The position numbers were made by a program, and so were the translations under genes. From Macrostomum hystrix (taxonomy: Eukaryota; Animalia; Platyhelminthes), in NCBI GenBank assembly GCA_950097015.1, contig CATNEN010000039.1:5518001-5582000 (forward strand): DNA of 64,000 bases, in the 5' to 3' direction. The notes below the pieces were generated by a model that was not told where the DNA came from, made no database searches, and saw nothing but the letters and a program-made list of their open reading frames with translations. Shown in pieces: positions 24,201 to 36,090 of the stretch. Each line of letters begins with the position of its first letter. Within the stretch, counting starts at the first letter, position 1.

Positions 24201-25650
24201 GCGGCTGGCAGACTGGAGTGGCATCCGGCCTGAGCCTGATAGTGACGCTGACTCCCTTCACGCATCCGATGCCTTGAAAGCAGTCGCTGAATTCCGCCAG
24301 GATTGTCTGAAGTTGCAGCTGCTTGGGCAGGTGCTGGTCCTCACTGCTGGCCGGCTTAGCTAGGCTGGCCACCACCGCAGAGTTCGTGCTGACTTCAGGT
24401 CCGACTCTCAGCATGCCGAGCTTTGTGCTGGACGATCTTCCGAGAATCGGTGTGCAGTTGCTGCTGATGACGATGAAATTGGCCTGCAATTCGCGGTGGT
24501 TCGCTCTGACAGTGAGCGTTGTTTGGCCGGCTGTCTTCAGTGGCTCGCTGGCACCAAGCGCAAAGACTGTGGTGCTGGACGGCGAAAGCGGCGTGCCGGG
24601 CCGGCAGATTCTGTGGAACGTCGCCATGTCCAACACGTTGCAGCTCGCTCCGCTGTCGATCAGTGTGCGGACCGGACTGCCGTTGATGCTGATGACGAAC
24701 TTGGCGCTGTCGTCCTTGCCGCTGAGCGTGCAGAACACCTCGTTGGGTGGTTGGTCGGCTGACTGGTCCTGCTCGGGCTGCAGTGAGTTAATCTTCGAGC
24801 GGCTGCTGAGGCAGGCCTTGGCCAGATGGTTGGCCTTGCCGCAGCTGCTGCATCGCTTGCCTTGCGCCCTGCTGCAGCTCTTGTGGCCCAGCTCGCCGCA
24901 CCGGATGCACTTAGCAAATTGCTGCGACTCACGCGAAGGTTCCGGCAGCGGGTGGCGCTGGCGGCGCAGTTGCGCCACTTCCTCAGAGGCTGCCGCTGTC
25001 CTGGTCATGATGGCCGCCTGCTTCTCTGCTGCCTCGTGCGTCCTGGCCAGCTGGAGAGTGTCCGACTGGCTGATGTTGGGGATATTCAGCAGGCGCTTCC
25101 TCAGTGACTCGCTGCGACAGCTGGCCACGATTTGGTCCCTGATGAGCGACTGGCGGAGACCCTCGAACTTGCAGGCTTCCGAGGCGCTCCACAGTCTGCT
25201 GTGCCAAGCGTCTATGGATTCGCCTTCTTCCTGGAGACAGTGGCGAAACTGGTATCGAATGAAGACGACGTTATCGCGGCCTTGGAAGTGCGTGCTGAAC
25301 TGTGCGATCAGCTGGTCGACCGTGGGCTCGGCTACGGGCTCGCCTTCTTGTTGCTGCGACTGGGTGGCGATCTCGTTGTACAGGTCGCTCACTTCTTTGC
25401 CTGCCGTATACAGAAGGATCTGGCGTTTCTGCGTCTCATCTTTGATGCCGGTTGCCGCCAGGTACGGCAGAAGGTTGGTCGACCACTCCTGCCAGCGCTT
25501 GCTTACAGAGTGAGGGTCGTCTCTGATGCTAAAGTGGGCTGGTGGAGGCAGTTGTAGGAAGGCCATGGTTCGGCCTTGCGACGCCAATGTAATAGCTCAA
25601 GAGTCACGCTGTGTGAGGTGCGAAGAAAAAGGTGAGCCCTCCAAGTAGGG
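21255..25650 (-). mobile_element. Ty3/gypsy (Mag/K02A2.6-like) LTR retrotransposon. Complete 214-bp 3' LTR (21255-21468); 5' LTR truncated to 63 bp (25588-25650)
   Basis: The 63 bp shared by the two LTRs are identical. PBS tggcgtcgcaagg follows the 5' LTR and a short PPT (gaggagga) precedes the 3' LTR. TG...CA ends. Confidence 0.93.
21583..25566 (-). CDS. Intact Gag-Pol polyprotein (about 1327 aa from ATG 25566)
   Basis: Zn knuckles CIRCGELGHKSC and CSSCGKANHLAKAC; protease LIDSGAS; RT LDVAKAFHQ and WVHDD; RNase H VDASPTG; integrase DFLGP, TDNGPPF, NGATER. Confidence 0.95.
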   Translation of the reverse strand: MAFLQLPPPAHFSIRDDPHSVSKRWQEWSTNLLPYLAATGIKDETQKRQILLYTAGKEVSDLYNEIATQSQQQEGEPVAEPTVDQLIAQFSTHFQGRDNVVFIRYQFRHCLQEEGESIDAWHSRLWSASEACKFEGLRQSLIRDQIVASCRSESLRKRLLNIPNISQSDTLQLARTHEAAEKQAAIMTRTAAASEEVAQLRRQRHPLPEPSRESQQFAKCIRCGELGHKSCSRAQGKRCSSCGKANHLAKACLSSRSKINSLQPEQDQSADQPPNEVFCTLSGKDDSAKFVISINGSPVRTLIDSGASCNVLDMATFHRICRPGTPLSPSSTTVFALGASEPLKTAGQTTLTVRANHRELQANFIVISSNCTPILGRSSSTKLGMLRVGPEVSTNSAVVASLAKPASSEDQHLPKQLQLQTILAEFSDCFQGIGCVKGVSVTIRLRPDATPVCQPPSRVPVHLRNAVIKELEDQLALGIVERVRGPTAWCSRIVAVPKAEQGEVRITQDLREVNKYVIPEKQPIPTFEEVTDEMAGATYFSELDVAKAFHQIEVAEESRDLLTFSSPIGLLRLRRLCMGFTSASEILQRVMTSVLSGLPGVRWVHDDILVYAKNIEEHNQRLRDCLARLKASNITLNPKKCRFARPEVDFLAMRLSACGIHPSAEKVAAINNFKRPTNASEVRSFLGLVTFVARFISNLSDRARPLRELTRQAAEWTWVEKQEAAFNDIKQTIASSHALAFFNSELQTQLIVDASPTGVGAILAQVQPDGSTRPVAYASRSLSPTEQRYSQTEREALAVKYGGLKFYHYLSGGGSFKVITDHKPLISLFSTGSRPPPRIERMALRLQDLVFRVVYQPGAGNPSDVLSRQPLPMPPNNVGEQADAIYVATAVQAATPVSISLGTIKAASERDGTVQAALHAIRGHQWDKSDTCLQGLHGVSHELSELNGLLLRGSQLYMPTTLRYRCMQLAYQGHQGVKKTLDRLQAKVWWPGMRASVEAHVAACTSCLTCTSETSPKATPLKPTELPEGPWLELGLDFLGPINGKSLLVCTDHFSRFPLVEVMASTTASAVINVLRRWFSIFGQPTKVTTDNGPPFASAEFSSFLMDQGARHHRITPLYPQANGATERCNQGLNKAIRAAIVEGRDWTLALDEYLAAYRRTPHCSTGVAPASLLFGRQINDVIPSLRHSQPVDATRAAIADSDRQAKEAMKRHADRRFRAADHGIRAGDRVLRRQQPRQKTDAFYESAPWTVAEVQGDSLLMQRDDVVCRRHATQVKRLPGQPEQSDQQPLEPPDAPELTEPVAARLHPRRAKDPERNYREPDLRRS

Positions 25651-26747
25651 TACGTGTGTCGCTGTGTTTGTTTGCCGCTAAGTCAGGTTGATGGCGATAA
25701 CGTAGGCACCAGTCCAAGGGCCGGAGGTGGGCGACCAATCTTCACGCACCAGGCGTGAAAATTATAGCCAACAGAAAATTATAGCCAACTGAAAAAATAA
25801 TCGCTAACTTTAGCCAGAGGTATACTGTACATTTACATATACAATACATACATTTACATACCAAGGACCACAGCTAGGAGTAGGACGGGAAACTACGTTT
25901 CTTAGGCAGATTTTTCGCGAAAAAATACAGTACAGAGATAGGAAATTTTTACTTTTTCAGATTTAAAACGGTGACAGCTTTTGATTGGAAGCAGATACCA
26001 GTTTTTTTATATAACTTGCTTAACATGTTGCTCCATGGAATGTTATAAAGTTTTGTTCATGACAATTGGCTCTTCATGCTTTAACTCAATTGGATTGCCA
26101 TAGTTGCGAATAGCGTCCAGAATGCATTTAAGAAATTAATTTGGATAATTCTAAAAAAAACCCAAAGTCGGTAGAAGCTAATACTCTAAGAGCAATGTTC
26201 CAAGCTTAGGGGCATCGTTAATGTGATTTAATGAAATATTTGTTGGCATTAAAGATTCATAGCATTTTTTGGATGATATTTTAACTAAGATACGAGTATA
26301 AATATTCTGCTAAAACGCATAATAGAGTTTAATGCGGTTTTTTTGTTTTTTGAACAGTGTTAAAATGCGGTGAATTATTTAAATTCTCATAATTAAAAAT
26401 TTTAATATAAACGTCGTCGTCTCGACGAACTTTCGTTCTTTTGTAACGTGAGCTACTGACAAAGGCGCCAACTATTTATATCCTGAGCTTTTGACTTATT
26501 CGTATTTAATGAGTATAATATTTTCAGAAAGATGCATACTCGTATTTTTATCATCGAATGCACTATCTGCCATGGTGTTACTTTTCGAGAGTCTAAAAAA
26601 CAAATGGTCAATGGGGCTTCTTGAACTTTTATGCTATTGGACCTTTTATAGATCCAGTTTTAGTAGGTTCATAAGTCTGTGAACTAAGTCGTAAATAGAG
26701 CAATGAAACGAAATAAGTCGCAAATGAGAGCAAAAACTAAGTTGCAA

Positions 26748-26985
26748 GGCCGGCTAAGATTTGGGAGGTTGCGCATGTATGACGGCCGGCTAAGATTTGG
26801 GAGGTTGCGCATGTGTGAAAGGTCTTGGCGCATATTGGCACACACAAAGGGTCTTGGTGCACATTGGTGCACAAGCGCGGTGCATACAAAGGGTCTTGGC
26901 ACACATTGGTACACAAGCGCGGCGCACACAAAGGGTCTTGGCACACATTGGTACACAAGCGTGGCACACACAAAGGGTAACAGTG
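26748..26985. repeat. Short tandem duplications (35-bp and about 46-bp units)
   Basis: ggccggctaagatttgggaggttgcgcatgt x2, then aaagggtcttggcacacattggtacacaagcg-like units x3-4. Confidence 0.7.
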
Positions 26986-28648
26986 TCATATACCCTTTTG
27001 GGATATGGGACAAACAGTGCATAGACAGCACACAGATGGTACACAGACGGCGCACAGATGGCACACAGATTGTCCCTCCAAAATTTGTTCTGGCGCATGC
27101 TGTGCCACCTTCCTGATTATGGGTTCCAACTAAACATTAGACAATAAAACCTGACACACATTTTAGAATACATTTTGATGTTTCTGTTGATAAACTGTAA
27201 GAAACACTAACAGATTTACTGCCAGTATTTCAGCAAAAGAATAATTTTATGAACAATCCAAAAGGATTTCTAGGTATTTTAATATATAAAAAATGCAAAA
27301 ATCAAGGGCTGTAAGAAGACCACTAGAAAGACAACTCATTGTAAATATGTCCATAAATTCCACTAATGAAAACAGTTATTATGAGTGCATAGAATGTAGC
27401 AAATATTTAATTCATTGTCTGGATATGATGATTTAGAAAATAAATTTTTTTGCTATAACCTTTCTATCAACTCTTATCTAGGATAACATTTTATAGGCCT
27501 ATTTTTCAGAATTTTTCTAAATTTCATTTTTTTCAAAACTATATCTTGCCTTACCCACTTTGGAGCAAGTTTTAAAAACCTGCTGACATGTAACAGGCGC
27601 AATAAAGTTTCACAGCATGCAAAATCATGAGAAACAGATCTTAAAGCTTAAGGGGACACTAATACAGATGATGTCTAGATGACTGGAAGTACCTTTGCTT
27701 GCAACTCTCCAATTTCCATTATTTTTTTGATACAATTTTGCTTATAACAACACTTATATAAGGTCTTTCCAAAACTGAGTTTTGTATCAATAAAAACTTA
27801 GGTCACTGATAAGAAAAAATTCAAAATTAGAGAAATATTAAATGCAGGGCAAATAAAAAAATTGGATTGATGGGGAATGTGAAGTTAAGGAAAAATAAAA
27901 TGCCTTTTTTATAAGGGACCTGTCATTACTTCATTTATGTAGCCACATACTATTCTACTATTCACATTAGAAATGTTTAATTCCATTCCAGGTAATTGAA
28001 GTTCTGTGTGCTAAAATATTATGTCCTTGATATTAGTCTTACTACCTATTTAAGTTCTTATCTCAGTTTTCTCTGCATTAGATCATTATCAAAATAATGA
28101 CCATTGGCTCTATTGTATTAGAATAAGCTAGCTATAATATACCATATAATTTACCTAATAATTTACCTAATAATTGCATTGATTTAGATTTTTTTGCTTA
28201 AGAGATTCTGATTAAGAATAAAAAAAGGTTTGTTATATATTTTCGTTTTTTAGTAAAGGCACATTCTGTAAATAGACAGTTAATCTATCGGATAATCAAT
28301 TGCTATTTATTTTCTGTTTTTAAGCTGTCTGTTATTAACAAAATTTTGGAACTGGATTTGTATGCAAAATACATTTTTTGGTAATTTAAAACTCAACTTC
28401 AGTTTATAAGAATGATAGAACAAGCATTAGCTGTATAGTCCAGAGGGCAAATCAGGGACAGAATGTCTAAAGTAACTGAGCCAAAAGTTAAAAGTCCCAT
28501 ACTTTGTTTATTTACACTTGACATTCTTCCCCTGATCTGCCCTTAAATTCGGTCTACTTTTTTCTTTTTTCTTAGTTTTTTTCATTTTATTTGAAATAAT
28601 TAAATAATAAATATAAACCACATTTCAGGATCCCCAATTGCCTAACAA

Positions 28649-31600
28649 ATGACCTCCAACTGCAGCTCCTTTGTGTGAGTTATTAAGATTTTACTGCTGT
28701 GAATTTATAAACTAAAATGAACGCCCAGCAAAATGTGTAATGTGTTATTTGCAAATTAGCTTTAGTCAAGAGTATTTGATTTTTTTCAATGTACAGTTAG
28801 AGCTGTTTGGGTAAATATTTATTTGATTGACACATTGACAAAGTTCCCCTCATGAATTTTTTAAACAATGCCAGTTCAACTCAGGCGTGCATTGTTCAAG
28901 GAGTTGCTGCCCCAGACAGTGGCGTGTTGCAACAGCAGCAGCAGGTGTACCAACAGCTGCAAACTTCTCAGGCGCACATTGTCTGTTCCAGTTCCCTAGA
29001 CGACGACGACGTTCAAATAGTCGGAGCTAGCCAGTGCCATTCTGCGCCCATGGCTGCCACGGTATTCTGTGGTGGCTCCGATCTCGTTACCGGCACCCAG
29101 CAGGGGTGAGTATTGTTTCATGGGTAAATGACACACTTGGTTACTATAGCTCGTATATGTTGCCCAAAATAATCATCAGATTAATTCAAATGTGTTATTA
29201 GGTCCTTTTAGCCCGACCAATGGTTCCCCAGTGCTAATTTAATAGATTTTTTTAATAATGGCAAGTGTAGATAAGTTACTGTTATTGAAAAAATCGTAGA
29301 GCAATTCAAACAAGGAGCACACAGCTAATTGGCATATGTGTGTCAGCTGTGTCAGCAGCTCATTTATTTTAATATAAACATGGGGCAGCAAAATCAGGGG
29401 ATTATTCGGTAGCTGGTGAGAACTGAGAACTGTCGCTTCGTACTTTAATATTTTATCTACACGGTTTTCATTACCTCACAACAAATTCATTATTCAAACA
29501 TTATTACACTACATAATGCGTTAATTAGCTTGCCGCCTTGCCTGGTGGTGGCAGCGGTGGGATGCAGTGCCTAGCCTGCCATTCGCCAAGCAAACTATAA
29601 TATAAATAACCGTCATAGTTCAGCCAGTTCAATGAGTGCAAGCTGAAGGGCTTCGGATCAGGTGTACTGGAATGCACTTGGCAGCTGGCTAATGCTTTGG
29701 GGATGATGGCTCACGGAGGCCGGATGCGACATCAGCTGCGGTCCCCAGAGTGAGGCCAGCTGAGCATCGGCGAAGGCTACACCGGGTGGCGGAACCTGCG
29801 AGCCGCGATAGTTGCGTATCTCCTGATAGCGTAGGGCGCATGCTCGACTACCCTCCGGCGGCTCCAGGCCGTGCGCAAAATAGCGCCGGTTCACTGGTTC
29901 GGGATGCTCCGGAAAGTAGCCAATGGCACCAGTGTAACCGCGCCAGTTACGCGCTACATATGGCGGCGGGCATCTGAGAGCAAAGTTGAGGTGCCACTTT
30001 TTTTTAAACAATAAACAACACTTAAGAGAGCAGTTAATTCTTAAGGACAGGAGTGTCAATGGACGGAAATTGAGGACAGGAGTGTCAATGGACGGAAATT
30101 GAGGACAGGTGTGTCAATAGACGGAAATTGAGGACATGTGTGTCAATGGACGGAAATTGAGGACAGGTGTGTCAATGGACGGAAATTGAGGACAGGTGTG
30201 TCAATAGACGGAAATTGAGGACAGGAGTGTCAATGGACGGAAATTGAGGACAGGTGTGTCCATGGACGGAAATTGAGGACAGGAGTGTCAATGGACGGAA
30301 ATTGAGGACAGGAGTGTCAATGGACGGAAATTGAGGACAGGAGTGTCAATGGACGGAAATTGAGGACAGGAGTGTCAATGGACGGAAATTGAGGACAGGA
30401 GCGTCAATGGACGGAAATTGAGGACAGGAGTGTCAATGGACGGAAATTGAGGACAGGAGTGTCAATGGACGGAAATTGAGGACAGGAGTGTCAATGGACG
30501 GAAATTGAGGACAGGAGTGTCAATGGACGGAAATTGAGGACAGGAGTGTCAATGGACGGAAATTGAGGACAGGTGTGTCCATGGACGGAAATTGAGGACA
30601 GGAGTGTCAATGGACGGAAATTGAGGACAGGTGTGTCAACGGACGGAATCTAAGAACACGTGTGTCAACGGACGGAATCTAAGAACATGGTTTGTCAACG
30701 GACGGAAATTGAGGACAGGAGTGTCAATAGACGGAAATTGAGGGCAGGTGTGTCAATGGACGGAATCTAAGAACATGGTGTGTCAACGGACGGAATCTAA
30801 GAACATGGTGTGTCAACGGACGGAATCTAAGAACATGGTGTGTCAACGGACGGAATCTAAGAACATGGTGTGTCAACGGATGGAATCAAGAATAGACTGT
30901 AGAATCTATTGTTTGCCAACAAACTGGGCTCATTACTCGGGCCTGCTGTAATCAACGATGAGCGGCGGACCGGCTGGCTCCTGCAGTCCCCGCCTAGCCG
31001 GATGCCAGCGATAGTCGGTGGCCGGCGGGCAGTCCACGCTGCTTGCTCTTATCGGGGCTTCCTGACGAGAAGTAGTAAATGATGAGACCATTTGAGCTGG
31101 AAAAGATCTGCTGCTTCACAAATTCGCTATTAGATAAACTGTAAACTGTTGGCTAATATGAGGGAACAAACTATTTTACGTTAGAGTTTTCAGTTAAATT
31201 GGGTGGCTTTCTCTCTGTACATTAATGCTATTTCTGCTTCATTCTCTGCCTGTGTAAACCTTCTGCCCCAGCCAAGTTAGGGCAGGCTGCTATGACAACG
31301 GAGCTGAGTGAGGGTGAAGGTGGTGGGTAGTTTTTTTTCAAGCCCTTCATTGCCTGCTAGTTGTTTTCGGTCTTTCAGCCCTCTCGGTTTGGTCTGCGGA
31401 CCAGTTTAATTTTCTCATTCCCTAGAAGCCAGCAGACTCATTCCCTAGAAGCCAACAGACTCATTCCCTAGAAGCCAGCAGACTCATTCCCTAGAAGCCA
31501 ACAGACTCATTCACTAGAAACCAACAGACTCATTCCCTAGAAACCAACAGACTCATTCCCTAGAAGCCAACAGACTCATTCCCTAGAAGCCAGCAGACTC

Positions 31601-34600
31601 ATTCCCTAGAAGCCAACAGACTCATTCCCTAGAAGCCAACAGACTCATTCCCTAGAAGCCAACAGACTCATTCCCTAGAAACCAACAGACTCATTTCCTA
31701 GAAACCAACAGACACCCATAGAAGCCAACAGACTCATTCCCTAGAAGCCAACAGACTCATTCCCTAGAAGCCAACATACTCATTCCCTAGAAGCCAACAG
31801 ACTCATTCCCTAGAAGCCAGCAGACTCATTCCCTAGAAGCCAACAGACTCATTCCCTAGAAACCAACAGACTCATTCCCTAGAAACCAACAGACTCATTT
31901 CCTAGAAACCAACAGACACCCATAGAAGCCAACAGACTCATTCCCTAGAAGCCAACAGACTCATTCCCTAGAAGCCAACAGACTCATTCCCTAGAAACCA
32001 ACAGACTCATTTCCTAGAAACCAACAGACACCCATAGAAGCCAACAGACTCATTCCCTAGAAGCCAACAGACTCATTCCCTAGAAGCCAACAGACTCATT
32101 CCCTAGAAGCCAGCAGACTCATTCCCTAGAAGCCAACAGACTCATTCCCTAGAAACCAACAGACTCATTCCCTAGAAACCAACAGACTCATTCCCTAGAA
32201 GCCAACAGACTCACCCCTAGACTCAGAATATGGTGGCTTCAGTGTTCTGAGGATCTTTCTGTGAAATTTCTAGCGCGATCTTTCTAGCGCAGTGTCCCCT
32301 CACAATCGCTATTCAGCTCGCTGCCAGCGTCCGTGCAGACCAAGCCAGTCCAGGTGGTGCAGCCGACGCTCAGTCATCACCAGGTGCCTATTGTCAAACC
32401 TAGCGGCTCCGCTACTGCAACGCTGCACCCCGCCGGCCTTCAGCAGCGTGTTGTGACGGCGGTGGCCGCAGCTCCCGGCATTTCAGTATCGTCAGCTTCG
32501 GCTTCATCCGCTCCATCTTCGTCCGTTGTAGTCGGCGAAGCTGCCGCCACCCTTAGCCAGCCAATGCTGCAGCAGAACTTCAACATTCTGAACTTCAACT
32601 ATCCGTCCACTCTGCTGCAACTGCCCGATGGCCGGCTGTTCCTGCAGCAGCCCAGCAGCGCCGGTCCGGCCATTCAGTTTGTTAAACTGCCCACTGCTAT
32701 GACTGCTGCGTCCGGCAAACCGCAGCAGCATCTGATTGCCGCCTCGAATGCGACCGCTGTGCAGGTGAGCTTTGACCAGTCTTATCGCCTGTTTCTGTCT
32801 GTTTCAGTCAGGCTTATTATGTAAGCCTGTCAGTCTTTTTCTGCCAGCCTCATCAAGTCTTCATACTTCAAACACACGGGAAACCATTCTGTGTAGGTGA
32901 GCTCGGCAGCTCCAACTCAGGCCTTCATCAGTCAGACTCCCAGCGGTGCTCAGCAGGTGCACTTTTTAGCAGCACCGATGACACAGCAGCAGCTGCACGA
33001 GCAGCAACAGCTGCAGCAGCAGCAGCTGCAGTACCAGCAACATCAGCAGCAGTTGCAGCAGCAGATGCAGCAACAACAGTTACAACAGCAACAGCTGCAA
33101 CAGCAGCAGAAGCCCACACTAGAACATCTGAAACGGATGCTGCCAGGTGTTAAAGACGTCGCCGAAGCCAACGGTCGAATAGTTCTGACAACCAAGCAGG
33201 ACCGGGTCATCAGCATGAAGCCTGAGGAGTTTCAAATGTTCTACAACCTCACCGTACAGGTCGACGAACTGCAGAAGCGAACTACTAAAACTCCCGAGGT
33301 ACGTTAATGGCATTTTATTAATTCCTAACTTGCGTAGTAATAGCAATAGCAAGGCCCGGGATTCAAACCCGGGACTGTCGGGAGTAGAACGCAAATACAA
33401 AAAAAATTTAATTGCCTGCAGGTGGAGGAGGAGCTGCGCAAGCTACGCCAGATGCAAAATGACGTCATCAAGCAGGCTAACAAGATGCACCAGGTGATTG
33501 AGCAGCAGCAGAAGGCAACGGCTGATGTATCCGCCGCATCCTCTCAGGCATTGGCGGCGTCTGGCATTGACGAAGCCGACTCTTTCGTCCTGGCCGAGCC
33601 GAAGTACGGTGAGATGCGCGTTCTAGTCGAGTACCGGGTGGAGGGAACTCGATACCAGCTGCGCCTGACGCCCTCACAGAAGGCCCAGGTTGACGAGGCC
33701 GTTGTTCGATTAGGCGGCGTTGTTGAACGAGAGCGCTTGCTCCAACGGCTACTTGCCAAGCAGCAGCAGCAGCAGCTGCAGCAGCTTCATTCCAGTACGT
33801 TTCAATCGCCAATGCTGACTATGTCTCAGCAACCGCAGCAGCAGCCAATTTTAGCTCAAACTTCGGCTACTGCTATTGTTCGTGGCCGGCCAACCGCTGT
33901 TGTGGTCACCGCTATGCCCCAGCAGCAGCAGCAACAGCAGCCCCAGCGGCAACAGTCGCCAGCTCCTCAGCAAGCATTGTCCCCTCCGCCGCCGCCTCAA
34001 CCAGCTGCGCCACCAGCGCCGACTCGCGCTCAGATTCGGGCGGGCCGCATTCACCGCCAGATTCAGGTGGAGCACAGGACGCTGCTGTCGCGCCTTCGGC
34101 CGGATCCGTTTCGAAACGTGGACGAAGCGACAGCGAATCTTCTTCGATTTCATCTATTCCAGGATCTGGACGAGGGACAGCTCGATGACAGCGAGGCTGG
34201 CGACGCCGCCGGCTCTACCAGTTTTGAGTCACTCTCCCGCAATGCGTGGTCAGCTATGGAGGCACGATTCAGGCGTCTTCAGGTGAGTGAGATGCCCGTT
34301 ATGATTGCTCATTCTGTAATGGTTATGATTGCTCATTCTGTAATGGTTATGATTGCTCATTCTGTAATGGTTATGATTGCTCATCCGGTAATGGTTATGA
34401 TTGCTCATCCTGTAATGGTAATGATTGCTCATCCGGTAATGGTTATGATTGCTCATCCTGTAATGGTTATGATTGCTCATCCGGTAATGGTTATGATTGC
34501 TCATCCTGTAATGGTTATGATTGCTCATCCTGTTTTGGTTATGATTGCTCATCCGGTAATGGCTATGATTGCTCATCCGGTAATGGTTATGATTGCTCAT

Positions 34601-35736
34601 CCTGTAATGGTTATGATTGGTCATCCTGTAATGGTTATGATTGCTCATCCTGTAATGGTTATGATTGCTCATCCGGTAATGGCTATGATTGCTCATTCTG
34701 TAATGGCTATGATTTCTCATTCTGTAATGGTTATGATTGCTCATCCGGTAATGGCTATGATTGCTCATCCGGTAATGGCTATGATTGCTCATTCTGTAAT
34801 GGCTATGATTTCTCATTCTGTAATGGTTATGATTGCTCATCCGGTAATGGCTATGATTGCTCATCCGGTAATGGCTATGATTGCTCATTCTGTAATGGTT
34901 ATGATTGTAAATCGGCCATAGTTGTGATTGTAAATCGGTTATAATAATGTTTGTAACTCAGTCATTGTTATGACTGTTCATCATCAGTCATAGTTGTGCT
35001 CGATTACTCATAGTTAATGGTTCTGATTAATCGTTGGTCCTTTATAATCACTCGTGGATTTGTTATGATTGTATAAAAGGACACATTCTGTTTCTATTTA
35101 TAATTAATTCTTTATACGAAGTATGTTGCTGAGTATTGGTCATAGCGAGGGTCATGAAGTGGCTTCAATTTAAAATTTGCGTTACCGCTCCCCATCTATG
35201 ACTTGTGTCAGGCGGCCATTCTGCTAACCGACTTGCGAGCCCGAGTTCTATCCCCGGCCGAGCCGGAGCTGCAGCTGCTGTCCGACCAGCTGGCCGTGTC
35301 CGCCGCCCGTCAGCAGTTGGAGGCGGAGCGGGCCCGCCCAGGCGGCCAGGTGACGCCGCTTGTCTTCGATGAAGTCGGCTGCGGCCGTCCAGCCTCGCCG
35401 AAGCGTGTACGACTTGACAACGGCGAGAATGTCGACGTTGATCGCGGCGGTCTCAACTTAGGCGACGCCACAGGCGCCAGCTTGCCAGGCGGCGAAGATG
35501 GCGAAGAAGATGAATTCGAGGAGGTGGGTCGGGAAGCGGCGAGCGTCATTAACAAATCACTTGCAGCGTCAATCGCAGGCCCTACTAACGGTGACGTCGA
35601 TGGCGACGCTGCCGACTATCTGGACGAAAGCACCGACAATGGCAACATCGAGGAGAGGCTCGGAGATGCGGCGTTGACGTCGGCCACTGCGGCCGGCGAC
35701 GACGAAGCGTCAGCGGCAATCGCCAGCATTTTGTAG
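28649..35736 (+). CDS. Q-rich GLTSCR1/BICRA-like protein, about 830 aa. Exons 28649-28674, 28875-29105, 32317-32764, 32897-33298, 33422-34282, 35212-35736
   Basis: GT-AG junctions phase-consistent (2,2,0,0,0), with an in-frame TAA just upstream of the ATG. C-terminal segment EHRTLLSRLRPDPFRNVDEATANLLRFHLFQ...ELQLLSDQLAV resembles the GLTSCR1 domain (PF.S..DA..RLL.YH.FQ). Long Q/A/P-rich disordered N-terminus. Confidence 0.72.
29658..31091 (-). CDS. Unknown 156-aa protein nested antisense in intron 2 of the BICRA-like gene. Exons 31091-30937, 29973-29658
   Basis: ATG preceded by the acceptor-like tcttttccag. Phase-2 junction GA|GTAATG...CTCTCAG|A gives ...VDYSRPE-CPPPYVARNWRGYTGAIGYFPEH. Both exons are GC-rich islands in an AT-rich intron. 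Confidence 0.72.
30043..30890. repeat. 29-bp minisatellite (gaggacaggagtgtcaatggacggaaatt) grading into a 30-bp variant; fills the nested gene's intron
   Basis: Visible array. Confidence 0.96.
31414..32220. repeat. 23-bp minisatellite (ctcattccctagaagccaacaga), intronic
   Basis: Visible array. Confidence 0.96.
34298..34908. repeat. 24-bp minisatellite (gttatgattgctcatccggtaatg) just after the donor at 34283
   Basis: Visible array; produces the spurious VMIAHPVM repeat in ORF 33422..34921. Confidence 0.96.
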
Positions 35737-35909
35737 TCCGTGGATTACCGACTGTCCTCTCTCTCGCATCTGCTTTTTTTAAACCTTTCAATTCAATGAG
35801 CTGCGACACTTCTTCTGGGCTTGTCTTTTCTTCAGTCTTTGAACCCTAACAGCCTCCCTAAGCTTCTATTCCTCCCTCTCTCCCCTAACTTTTTATCCTA
35901 ACTCATCCT

Positions 35910-36090
35910 CTCTCTCTCCTATCCCACTCTCTCCTATCCCACTCTCTCCTATCCCACTCTCTCCTATCCCTCTCTCTCCTATCCCACTCTCTCCTATCCC
36001 ACTCTCTCCTATCCCACTCTCTCCTATTTCTCTCTCTCCTATCCCACTCTCTCCTATTTCTCTCTCTCCTATCCCACTCTCTCCTATTTA
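35910..36090. repeat. 15-bp pyrimidine-rich repeat (atcccactctctcct)
   Basis: Visible array. Confidence 0.9.

Noticed and set aside
21505-25557. Long antisense and alternate-frame ORFs (349 aa, 396 aa and others)
   Set aside because: Shadow ORFs of the GC-rich Gag-Pol.
34283-34921. VMIAHPVM and MSNHNHYR repeat ORFs
   Set aside because: Read-through into an intronic 24-bp minisatellite after a strong CAG|GTGAGT donor.
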